From assembly GCA_964422765.1 (NCBI GenBank), contig CAYRCI010000001.1, forward strand, positions 35,026-99,025: a stretch of 64,000 nt of DNA, given 5' to 3'. The notes under the pieces were generated by a model. That model was given only the letters and a program-made list of their open reading frames with translations, was not told where the DNA came from and searched no databases. This stretch comes from an uncultured Alphaproteobacteria bacterium (GTDB lineage Bacteria > Pseudomonadota > Alphaproteobacteria > HIMB59). This document shows, in pieces, positions 56,716 to 64,000 of this stretch. Position 1 is the stretch's first letter; every line of letters begins with the position of its first letter. The translations under genes were made by a program, and so were the position numbers.

Positions 56716-57669
56716 ATGTCAGTATTAGTCTTAGCAGAACATAATAATCAAAATTTACTGTCCTCTACTTTAAATGTAATTGAAGCTGCTTCTAAAATTA
56801 GCGATGACATACATTTATTAGTTTGTGGAAATAATACTGAGGATTTGTCTCAAGAAGCTAAAAAAATCTTAGTTCTAAAAAAAGTGATCAATTGTGATAA
56901 TCAAGAACTAGCTAATGTGGTAGCTGAAAAAATTTCACCAGTTATTTTATCTGTAGCGAAAAATTATACTCATATACTAGCCCCAGCAACCACCTTTGGT
57001 AAAAACATACTTCCCAGAGTTGCTGCGTTATTAGATATTTCTCAAATAAGCGATGTTATAGGGATTGAAGATCATCAAACATTTATTCGACCTATTTATG
57101 CTGGTAATGCGATTGCTCATGTTCAGTCACCTCAAGCATTAAATCTTATTACAATTCGTCCAACGGCATTTGAGAGATGTGAAACGATGGGAGGTGAGGC
57201 GATAATTGAAAATATCCCTTACATTGAAACCCCAACTCAAACTCGTTTCATTAATCGTGAAGTTACACAGTCAGATAGACCCGATTTATCTAATGCAAAA
57301 ATTGTAATTTCAGGGGGTAGAGGATTAGAAAATGCTGATAATTTTAAGCTTATCTATGAGTTAGCCGATAAATTAAAAGCTGCGGTGGGAGCATCTCGAG
57401 CAGCAGTAGACTCTGGTTACATAGGTAACGAACATCAAGTGGGGCAAACAGGTAAGATGGTGGCGCCAGATTTATATATTGCCATTGGAATTTCAGGAGC
57501 CATTCAACATTTGGCAGGGATGAAAGACAGTAAAGTAATTGTTGCCATTAATAAAGACGTTGAAGCTCCTATTTTTAAAATTGCGGATTACGGGTTGAAC
57601 GGCGATCTCTTTCAAGTTATCCCTGAATTAATGTCGGAATTAGATTTATTGAATAAGATAGAATCCTAA
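56716..57669 (+). CDS. etfA: Electron transfer flavoprotein alpha subunit
   Basis: MSVLVLAEH..., and the FAD-binding C-terminus VISGGRGL, GASRAAVDSGY, QVGQTGKMVAPDLYIAIGISGAIQHLAGM. Start placed at ATG 56716, 2 nt after the etfB stop; the ORF-track start is 56695. Confidence 0.95.
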   Translation: MSVLVLAEHNNQNLLSSTLNVIEAASKISDDIHLLVCGNNTEDLSQEAKKILVLKKVINCDNQELANVVAEKISPVILSVAKNYTHILAPATTFGKNILPRVAALLDISQISDVIGIEDHQTFIRPIYAGNAIAHVQSPQALNLITIRPTAFERCETMGGEAIIENIPYIETPTQTRFINREVTQSDRPDLSNAKIVISGGRGLENADNFKLIYELADKLKAAVGASRAAVDSGYIGNEHQVGQTGKMVAPDLYIAIGISGAIQHLAGMKDSKVIVAINKDVEAPIFKIADYGLNGDLFQVIPELMSELDLLNKIES

Positions 57670-57694
57670 ATCTAAATAATCTATTCTGTTTTGA

Positions 57695-59329
57695 GTGACT
57701 GATATCCAAAGAGAAGAATTAGAATACGATGTGGTTATAGTAGGAGCAGGTCCTGCTGGATTAGCTACAGCAATTAAATTAAAACAAATTAATCCTGAAA
57801 CTAATGTTTGTATTTTGGAAAAGGGATCTGAAGTAGGCGCTCATATTTTTAGCGGTAATGTTTTCGAGACACGAGCGCTCAATGAACTAATTCCCAATTG
57901 GAAAGAATTAAACTGCCCAGTTCAAAACCAAGTCAACAATGAGGAATTTTTATTTTTAACTACTGCAAGTTCAATAAAGGTTCCCAATATTTTATTACCT
58001 AAGGTATTACAAAACCACGGAAATTATATCATCAGTCTTTCAAATCTTTGTAAGTGGTTAGCAGAACAGGCTGAGAACCTAGGCGTAGAAATATTTCCTG
58101 GTTTTGCAGCTAAAAATTTATTATTTGATGATAATGATAATTTAATCGGTGTTCAAACAGGTGATATGGGGTTGGATCAAAATTCACAACCAAAAGAAAA
58201 TTTTGAACCAGGTATTAATATTAAATCAAAGGTCACAGTGCTGGCAGAAGGTTGCCGTGGGCATTTAGGCAAACTTGCAATTAAAAAATATAATTTAGAT
58301 GAAGATAAGTCGCCCCAGCAATACGGAATTGGTTTTAAAGAAATTTGGGAAATTGACCCTATCCACCACCAATTAGGTAAGGTGATGCATACTGTGGGCT
58401 GGCCATTACCTCACGATACATACGGCGGAGGGTTTGCTTATCATGCTCAAAATAATCAACTTTACTTAGGCTATGTGGTAGGTTTGGATTATAAAAACCC
58501 TCATTTATCTCCCTACGATGAGTTTCAGCAGTACAAAACTCACCCTGCAATTAGCAAACTTTTAAAAGGTGCTAAGAGAATATCCTATGGCGCACGTGCC
58601 TTAATTGAAGGTGGTCTTCAGAGCCTTCCTAAAATGTCTATGCCAGGTGGACTTTTAATTGGGTGTGATGCGGGGACATTAAATATGCCTAAAATAAAAG
58701 GCTCCCATACGGCTATGAAAAGTGGAATGATTGCAGCAGAGGTTATTGATCAGCATTTAACAAGCAACGGCTCATTAGAATTATATCAAGAGAAGTTTAA
58801 TCAATCTTGGGTTTATCGAGAGTTACATAAATCACGAAATGTAAAGCCGAGTTTTCAGTGGGGTTTAATCCCAGCGATGATTTTTACAGCACTAGATCAA
58901 AAAATTTTTCAAGGAAAACTTCCATTTACACTCAAACATAAACACTCTGATCATCAAACATTATTAAAAGCTTCAGAGGCATCAAAAATAGAGTATCCCA
59001 AATACGATGGTGTTTTGACTTTTGATAAACCCAGTTCCGTTTATTTGTCTGCAACCAACCATGCAGAAAATCAACCCTGTCATTTACAACTTCAAGATCC
59101 AGATCTACCAATTCATTTTACTTTAAATGAGTTTGATGAACCTGCTCAACGATACTGTCCTGCTGGTGTTTATGAAATAGAAATCGATAATCAAAATCAA
59201 AAAAAAATATTTAAAATAAATTCACAAAATTGTATTCATTGCAAAACTTGTGACATCAAGGAGCCATCACAAAATATTAATTGGATTACGCCTGAAGGCG
59301 GAGGCGGTCCTAATTACTCTGGTACGTAA
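57695..59329 (+). CDS. Electron transfer flavoprotein-ubiquinone oxidoreductase
   Basis: YDVVIVGAGPAGLATA FAD motif and the C-terminal 4Fe-4S region (PAQRYCPAGVYE...NCIHCKTCDIKEP...GGGGPNY). GTG start. Confidence 0.93.
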   Translation: MTDIQREELEYDVVIVGAGPAGLATAIKLKQINPETNVCILEKGSEVGAHIFSGNVFETRALNELIPNWKELNCPVQNQVNNEEFLFLTTASSIKVPNILLPKVLQNHGNYIISLSNLCKWLAEQAENLGVEIFPGFAAKNLLFDDNDNLIGVQTGDMGLDQNSQPKENFEPGINIKSKVTVLAEGCRGHLGKLAIKKYNLDEDKSPQQYGIGFKEIWEIDPIHHQLGKVMHTVGWPLPHDTYGGGFAYHAQNNQLYLGYVVGLDYKNPHLSPYDEFQQYKTHPAISKLLKGAKRISYGARALIEGGLQSLPKMSMPGGLLIGCDAGTLNMPKIKGSHTAMKSGMIAAEVIDQHLTSNGSLELYQEKFNQSWVYRELHKSRNVKPSFQWGLIPAMIFTALDQKIFQGKLPFTLKHKHSDHQTLLKASEASKIEYPKYDGVLTFDKPSSVYLSATNHAENQPCHLQLQDPDLPIHFTLNEFDEPAQRYCPAGVYEIEIDNQNQKKIFKINSQNCIHCKTCDIKEPSQNINWITPEGGGGPNYSGT

Positions 59330-61093
59330 TTATAACCAATTTACTTTCATCGATAGAATATCATCATCGCCTTCGATAATAATTTTTGATAGGTTTTGAA
59401 CTTGGGGTAAAATATTACTCATATAAATGTTGCCACTGACTATTTTGGACTCCAAGAAATCTTTATCAGCACCTTCTTTTTCTAATAGTTTGGAAGCTTC
59501 AACAATACTTTTGGACATCATCCATCCTCCAAATAAATATCCAAGCATCATTAAATAATTAACTCCTGAAACAGCAGATTTTCTTTGGTCGTTAGAGCTG
59601 GCGATTAAATGATCAATTGTTTTAAGTGAAATATCAATTGCTTCATTCATTTTTGTTTGTGACTTTTGAAAGGTGCTAACATTTAAACTTTGATCAATTT
59701 CCTCTTTAATCTCTTTTAATAAACTTTTAATTCCCTCACCCTTATCTCGTATAGTTTTTCTGAAAACTAAATCATTGGCCTGAATAGCCGTCGTACCCTC
59801 ATAAATTGGAAGTATTCTTGAATCTCTGTAATGCTGGGCCACACCTGTTTCCTCAATAAATCCCATCCCACCATGCACTTGTATTGCACTAGATGTTATT
59901 TCTACCGAGCGTTCTGTTAACCACCCTTTAATTATAGGAATTAAAAGTGAGGTTTTATTTATCCAATAATCACTTTCATCTGATTTTATCATATCCATGC
60001 TATATGCGCCATAAATTGCCAATGCTCGCATCGCTTCAATTTCTGATTTCATTAGTGCATTGAGTCTTAGAACATCAGGGTGATGGATAATAGCATCGCC
60101 TTGTTTGCCGCCTAATGGAACACCTTGAACTCTTTCAAAAGAATATTGTTTGGCTTGTTGGTAAGATCTTTCCGCAATCGCAAGTCCTTGTAGTCCAACC
60201 GCAAACCTTGCATGATTCATCATCTCAAACATGATATTCAATCCCTGGTTTTCTTGACCAACTAAATATCCGATTGCCCCTTCCTTATCACCGTATTGTA
60301 GTACAGCAGTAGGAGAACCTTTTACTCCCAGTTTTTTTTCTATAGAAATACAATGTACGTCGTTTTGTTTGCCGATGGATCCATCCTTGTTTGAAAGAAA
60401 TTTTGGAACAATAAAAACAGAAATTCCTTTATTCCCTTCTGGTGCATCAGGTGTTCGTGCAAGTACTAAGTGAATAATATTTTCTGAGAGATCATGTTCT
60501 CCATAGGTGATATAAATTTTTTGACCAAAAATTCTATAATGATCTCCTTCTTTAACTGCTTTTGTTCGAATGGCCGATAGATCTGTACCTGCTTGAGGTT
60601 CAGTTAAATTCATAGTACCAGTCCATTCGCCCGAAGAGAGTTTAGGTATATAAAAATCTTTTTGTTCTGATGTAGCAGATTTTTGAAGAGCATAAATCAA
60701 TCCTTGCGTTAAAAGATGACAAAGAGCAAAAGACATATTGGAGCTATGCCACATTTCATTGACAGCAGCTGAGAGTGATAGGGGCATTTGTTGTCCGCCA
60801 AACTCAGACTTGGCTTCTAAGCCAAACCAACCACCATCTCTTAAGCTTTCATAGGCTTCTTTGTAGCCTTTGGGGGTTATGACTTTTCCATCTGGTAGTC
60901 GTTTGGAACCTTCCTCATCACCACTTAAATTACAGGGAGCTAAAATATCGGATGCTATTTTACTGGCTTCTTCGAGAACAGCGTCTATTAAGTCATCTGA
61001 GAAATCCTGATAATCGTTTATTTTTAAAATATCCCGAAGGTTAATAATATTTTTTAAAACAAACTGAATATCTTTAGTAGGCGCCTCATACAT
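59330..61093 (-). CDS. Large acyl-CoA dehydrogenase (about 590-aa class with an extended C-terminal domain; DmdC/FadE-like)
   Basis: ACAD N/M/C domains (GTMNLTEPQAGTDL, IFGQKIYITYGEHD, QVHGGMGFIEETGVAQHYRDSRILPIYEGTTAIQ) plus a C-terminal extension. Substrate is not assignable from sequence. Confidence 0.85.
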   Translation of the reverse strand: MYEAPTKDIQFVLKNIINLRDILKINDYQDFSDDLIDAVLEEASKIASDILAPCNLSGDEEGSKRLPDGKVITPKGYKEAYESLRDGGWFGLEAKSEFGGQQMPLSLSAAVNEMWHSSNMSFALCHLLTQGLIYALQKSATSEQKDFYIPKLSSGEWTGTMNLTEPQAGTDLSAIRTKAVKEGDHYRIFGQKIYITYGEHDLSENIIHLVLARTPDAPEGNKGISVFIVPKFLSNKDGSIGKQNDVHCISIEKKLGVKGSPTAVLQYGDKEGAIGYLVGQENQGLNIMFEMMNHARFAVGLQGLAIAERSYQQAKQYSFERVQGVPLGGKQGDAIIHHPDVLRLNALMKSEIEAMRALAIYGAYSMDMIKSDESDYWINKTSLLIPIIKGWLTERSVEITSSAIQVHGGMGFIEETGVAQHYRDSRILPIYEGTTAIQANDLVFRKTIRDKGEGIKSLLKEIKEEIDQSLNVSTFQKSQTKMNEAIDISLKTIDHLIASSNDQRKSAVSGVNYLMMLGYLFGGWMMSKSIVEASKLLEKEGADKDFLESKIVSGNIYMSNILPQVQNLSKIIIEGDDDILSMKVNWL

Positions 61094-61096
61094 ATT

Positions 61097-62185
61097 TTAA
61101 TAATAAACCCTCTTGGCGTTTTTACCCAAGGAAATCAGAATTTCATGTTCATTAGTTCCAGTTTGAATTGCTATATTTTCATATGATTGATGAGGACCTA
61201 AAATTTCAACTGGCTTACCTAAGTAAAGATATTTTTCAGGAACATTACTCACATTTATTGTAATTAAATCCATGGATACTCTTCCTACAATCGGACATTT
61301 AAATTTTTCAATATAGACATTAGCTTGATTACTACCGTTTCTTAAAAAACCATCGGAATATCCAAAATCAATGGTGGCAACTTTTAAAGATTTTTTGGCT
61401 TTAAATGTTTTACTATAACCAATGGTTTGATTTTTAGATACATTAGCTATTTGAAGAATTGGAGCATAAATACTCATTACAGGTTTTAATCCAAAACTTT
61501 TTCGAACAAAAGGGTTGATGCCATAAAGACTTTTGCCAGGGCGAACAAAGTTTAAATGGAATTTTTTATCAAGAAATATCCCAGCAGAATTAGCAATGCT
61601 CATAGGTTTATTAAAAGTAGTATTGATTTTAATTAAATCATTTAATTGCATCCTTGATCCATTTAAATCTCCATCATCAGAAGAAGTTAGGTGGGATATT
61701 ACTGCCAAAAGGTTTTTTGGATTGATTTGTTCTAATAGTTTTTGGGTTTCAGAAATTTTAAATCCTAAGCGGTTCATTCCAGTATCAAAATGTAAAATGA
61801 ATTTTAGGGTTGGATGGTTTTTTAAAAGCACTAGTTGATCAAAATTATTTACAATCGGGGTTATGCGATTATCGCTAATGGTTTTGATATTTTCTAAAGT
61901 GGTAAATCCACCCAGTAAATTTATTGAACACTTAGAGTTAATTTCCCTAAGTTCTAATGCGTCGTCTAATCGGGCAACGTAGAAACTGTTACATCCTGCC
62001 TTTCTTAGTGTTTTGAATGTTTGATTCATTCCGTGGCCATAACCATCACCTTTTATGACACCCATAACTTTTGATTTTCCAACCTTTTTTTGAATAATTC
62101 TAAAATTATGATGAAGATTTGCTGATGATATTAAGATTTGTTTGCTATTAATTTTATTCTTCATTTCAAGTCTTTTTTGTTCCAC
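61097..62185 (-). CDS. alr: Alanine racemase
   Basis: PLP-lysine motif MGVIKGDGYGHG, HFDTGMNRLG and GRVSMDLITI. Confidence 0.87.
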   Translation of the reverse strand: MEQKRLEMKNKINSKQILISSANLHHNFRIIQKKVGKSKVMGVIKGDGYGHGMNQTFKTLRKAGCNSFYVARLDDALELREINSKCSINLLGGFTTLENIKTISDNRITPIVNNFDQLVLLKNHPTLKFILHFDTGMNRLGFKISETQKLLEQINPKNLLAVISHLTSSDDGDLNGSRMQLNDLIKINTTFNKPMSIANSAGIFLDKKFHLNFVRPGKSLYGINPFVRKSFGLKPVMSIYAPILQIANVSKNQTIGYSKTFKAKKSLKVATIDFGYSDGFLRNGSNQANVYIEKFKCPIVGRVSMDLITINVSNVPEKYLYLGKPVEILGPHQSYENIAIQTGTNEHEILISLGKNAKRVYY

Positions 62186-62266
62186 TTTGTGAATTTTTTC
62201 TCTTTTTACGCGCTCTAAATTATCTTAATATAATGATATCTATTATAATAGGAAATGGAGGAATAA

Positions 62267-63208
62267 ATGAAAAAAATCTTTTCATTGTTTTATGCATTGG
62301 TTTTGACAGCTGGTTTATCGCTAACCGCTAAAGCTGCAGATCCAATCAGAGTGCCAGTTTTAAACTGGTCAAGTCAAATTGTGATGGCAAACGTCATGGC
62401 ACAAATTTGGCAAGAGCAAGGGTTTGAAGTTGAATTAGTACCAGCTGACTCAGTAACTCGCTATGAGGCTCTTAGAGTAGGTGAATTACATACAGCTCAC
62501 GAGACATGGCAAGGAACTATGGCAAAACCTTTCTATGATGCTATGGACAAAGGTGGTGTAATCGATACTGGTAACCACAAAGCTCCAACACTAGAAGAAA
62601 TGGGTGTACCTAATTGGGTTGTTGAACAAAACTTATGCCCAGGTTTACCTAATTGGGAAGCTATGCTTTCACCTGACTGTGCAAAGAATTTCGTAACTGC
62701 AGACTCTGATGGAAAAGGCAGATGGCTAGAGGGTCCAATTGAATGGCATGGAAATGTTATACCTGAGAGAGTTGAGGCACTTGGTCTTTCTGACTTATGG
62801 ACTGTAAAGTTTGCTGGAAGTGCAGACGCACTATGGACTGAACTTGCTGCTGCAAAAAAAGAAGGAAGAGGAACAGTGGTGTTTAACTGGACTCCAAACT
62901 TCACAGACTATGAAGGTTATACCTTCATTGAGTTCCCTCCATTTTTCCAAGGATGTCGTATTGAAGATGGCGGTACTATGGAAACAGCTGGTTGTGGATC
63001 ACCTGTTGGTTGGTTAAAGAAGGGCGCGCATATTAAGTTCCCTATCACCCACCCAAAAGCATATAAGTTCTACTCCAAAATGATCTTTGACACTACACAA
63101 ATCGGTGAGATGGCAAGTTACGTAGACATTGATGGAATGACACATGCTGAGGCTGCTACAGCTTTTATTGCGAACAATCGTGCATTAATGGACGAGTGGA
63201 AGCAGTAA
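62267..63208 (+). CDS. proX: Glycine betaine/quaternary-amine ABC transporter substrate-binding protein (ProX/OpuAC family), paralogue 2
   Basis: Signal peptide; 313 aa. Collinear with paralogue 1, sharing blocks (L..W..Q....N.MA......G..VEL..AD, ETW, CPGLPNWEA, RVEALGL), but clearly diverged elsewhere. Confidence 0.84.
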   Translation: MKKIFSLFYALVLTAGLSLTAKAADPIRVPVLNWSSQIVMANVMAQIWQEQGFEVELVPADSVTRYEALRVGELHTAHETWQGTMAKPFYDAMDKGGVIDTGNHKAPTLEEMGVPNWVVEQNLCPGLPNWEAMLSPDCAKNFVTADSDGKGRWLEGPIEWHGNVIPERVEALGLSDLWTVKFAGSADALWTELAAAKKEGRGTVVFNWTPNFTDYEGYTFIEFPPFFQGCRIEDGGTMETAGCGSPVGWLKKGAHIKFPITHPKAYKFYSKMIFDTTQIGEMASYVDIDGMTHAEAATAFIANNRALMDEWKQ

Positions 63209-63223
63209 TATAATAATTTTATA

Positions 63224-63248
63224 CTACCCCTCTTAATTTGAGGGGTAG
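63224..63248 (+). terminator. Hairpin between proX paralogue 2 and proV (attenuator candidate)
   Basis: A 9-bp perfect stem CTACCCCTC / GAGGGGTAG with a 7-nt loop. No clean T-run follows, so it may be a stabiliser or partial terminator. Confidence 0.45.
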
Positions 63249-63272
63249 TGCTTAGAAAATTAAAAATCAAAT

Positions 63273-64000
63273 ATGATATCACCAGTAATAGATTGTTCTT
63301 CAGTCTATAAAATTTTTGGCAATAATGCCGAAAAACTCTTAAATGAATCTAACGGCAAAGTTGATGCAAAAACTTTTCAGGAAGCTGGTTGTATTGTAGG
63401 AGTTAATAACGCCACATTCACGGTTAATAAAGGAGAAATGCTAGTTGTAATGGGCTTATCCGGTTCGGGCAAATCAACTTTACTTAGATGCATTTCAAGG
63501 CTTACTGACGCAACTGCTGGAAAGATTTTAATTGATGGTGAAGATATTTGCCTGATGAATAATAAGCAATTGATTGAGCTGAGAAGAGAAAAGATGGGGA
63601 TGGTATTTCAAAACTTTGCGCTTTTACCTCATAAAACAGTTATTGAAAATATTGCCTTCCCTTTAATAATTAAAGGCACGACCCTAGATAACAGTATGTA
63701 TAAAGCGAGAGAAATGGTTGAGTTGGTTGGTTTAAAGGGCAGAGAAAATTATTTTCCAAGAGAGTTGTCAGGCGGCCAACAGCAACGTGTAGGTATTGCA
63801 AGATCATTAGCAGTTGAACCAGATATTTGGTTTTTAGATGAACCTTTTTCTGCGTTAGACCCTTTAATAAGAAAAGAAATGCAAGATGAATTTTTAAGGC
63901 TGCAAAGCGTACTTAATAAAACAATTATGTTTGTTACCCATGATTTTGATGAGGCTTTAAGGTTGGCAGATCGTATAGCTATTATGAAAGATGGAATAAT
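63273..64000 (+). CDS. proV: Glycine betaine ABC transporter ATP-binding protein ProV (3' end beyond the window)
   Basis: Hand translation from ATG 63273 gives MISPVIDCSSVYKIFGNNAEKLL...GEMLVVMGLSGSGKSTLLRCISRL...MGMVFQNFALLPHKTV...LSGGQQQRVGIARSLAVEPDIWFLDEPFSALDP. It is open to the window end and absent from the ORF track because it has no stop. Confidence 0.9.
   Translation, partial: MISPVIDCSSVYKIFGNNAEKLLNESNGKVDAKTFQEAGCIVGVNNATFTVNKGEMLVVMGLSGSGKSTLLRCISRLTDATAGKILIDGEDICLMNNKQLIELRREKMGMVFQNFALLPHKTVIENIAFPLIIKGTTLDNSMYKAREMVELVGLKGRENYFPRELSGGQQQRVGIARSLAVEPDIWFLDEPFSALDPLIRKEMQDEFLRLQSVLNKTIMFVTHDFDEALRLADRIAIMKDGI

Noticed and set aside
1-64000. Search for CRISPR arrays, transposases/IS elements, prophage genes, toxin-antitoxin pairs, restriction-modification or other defence systems, and rRNA genes.
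   Set aside because: I found none on either strand. Every ORF longer than about 90 aa that is not an antisense shadow has a plausible housekeeping, metabolic or transport assignment.

Overview
The window is visibly AT-rich and extremely gene-dense. I call 69 protein-coding genes, 2 tRNAs and 1 TPP riboswitch. I recognised no rRNA, CRISPR array, transposase, integrase, phage or defence genes. Several traits together look like a streamlined marine alphaproteobacterium of the SAR11/Pelagibacterales type; this is an inference, since no marker such as 16S is present. Those traits are intergenic spacers of 0-30 nt, many overlapping start/stop codons, frequent TTG/GTG starts, alphaproteobacterial synteny blocks (lepB-rnc-recO, nrdR-ribD-ribE-ribBA-ribH-nusB, plsX-ihfA-merR-tRNA-Pro, hom-glpX-recJ) and a large glycine-betaine/C1 module. 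Layout: 1-11.4 kb housekeeping genes and riboflavin biosynthesis plus an H+-pyrophosphatase. 11.4-17 kb holds an orphan NMT1-type ABC importer with a FAH-family hydrolase and a MatB-like CoA ligase. 17-22 kb holds rplM-rpsI, hom, glpX and recJ. 22-27.4 kb holds a serine-glyoxylate-type aminotransferase, a PanE-family reductase, and convergent sucCD plus a quinone oxidoreductase. 27.6-36.7 kb holds TctCBA, a GntR regulator, a ThDP decarboxylase, formyl-CoA transferase, a stand-alone homologue of the 10-formyl-THF dehydrogenase N-terminal domain, and NhaD. 36.7-42 kb holds mixed small genes, including an F1-ATPase zeta-inhibitor-like protein and mmsA. 42.1-46.2 kb holds the TPP riboswitch, thiBPQ and a convergent ThiK/choline-kinase-fold kinase. 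46.3-64 kb holds csp, djlA, bhmT and a glycine-betaine uptake and demethylation island (two ProX paralogues, a fused ProW, an embedded kinase, DMGDH, EtfBA, ETF-QO and ProV). The strongest candidate for something undescribed is the 27.4-36.7 kb candidate oxalate module. A 17-bp palindrome, TGGTATACATTATACCA, occurs upstream of the decarboxylase operon, and a 16/17 copy occurs in the tctC divergent promoter region; both flank the GntR gene. A formyl-THF-binding, phosphopantetheine-thiol-directed formyltransferase homologue sits immediately after frc, which suggests a formyl-CoA to formyl-THF shunt. All functional calls rest on motif recognition and gene context by eye; no database search was possible.
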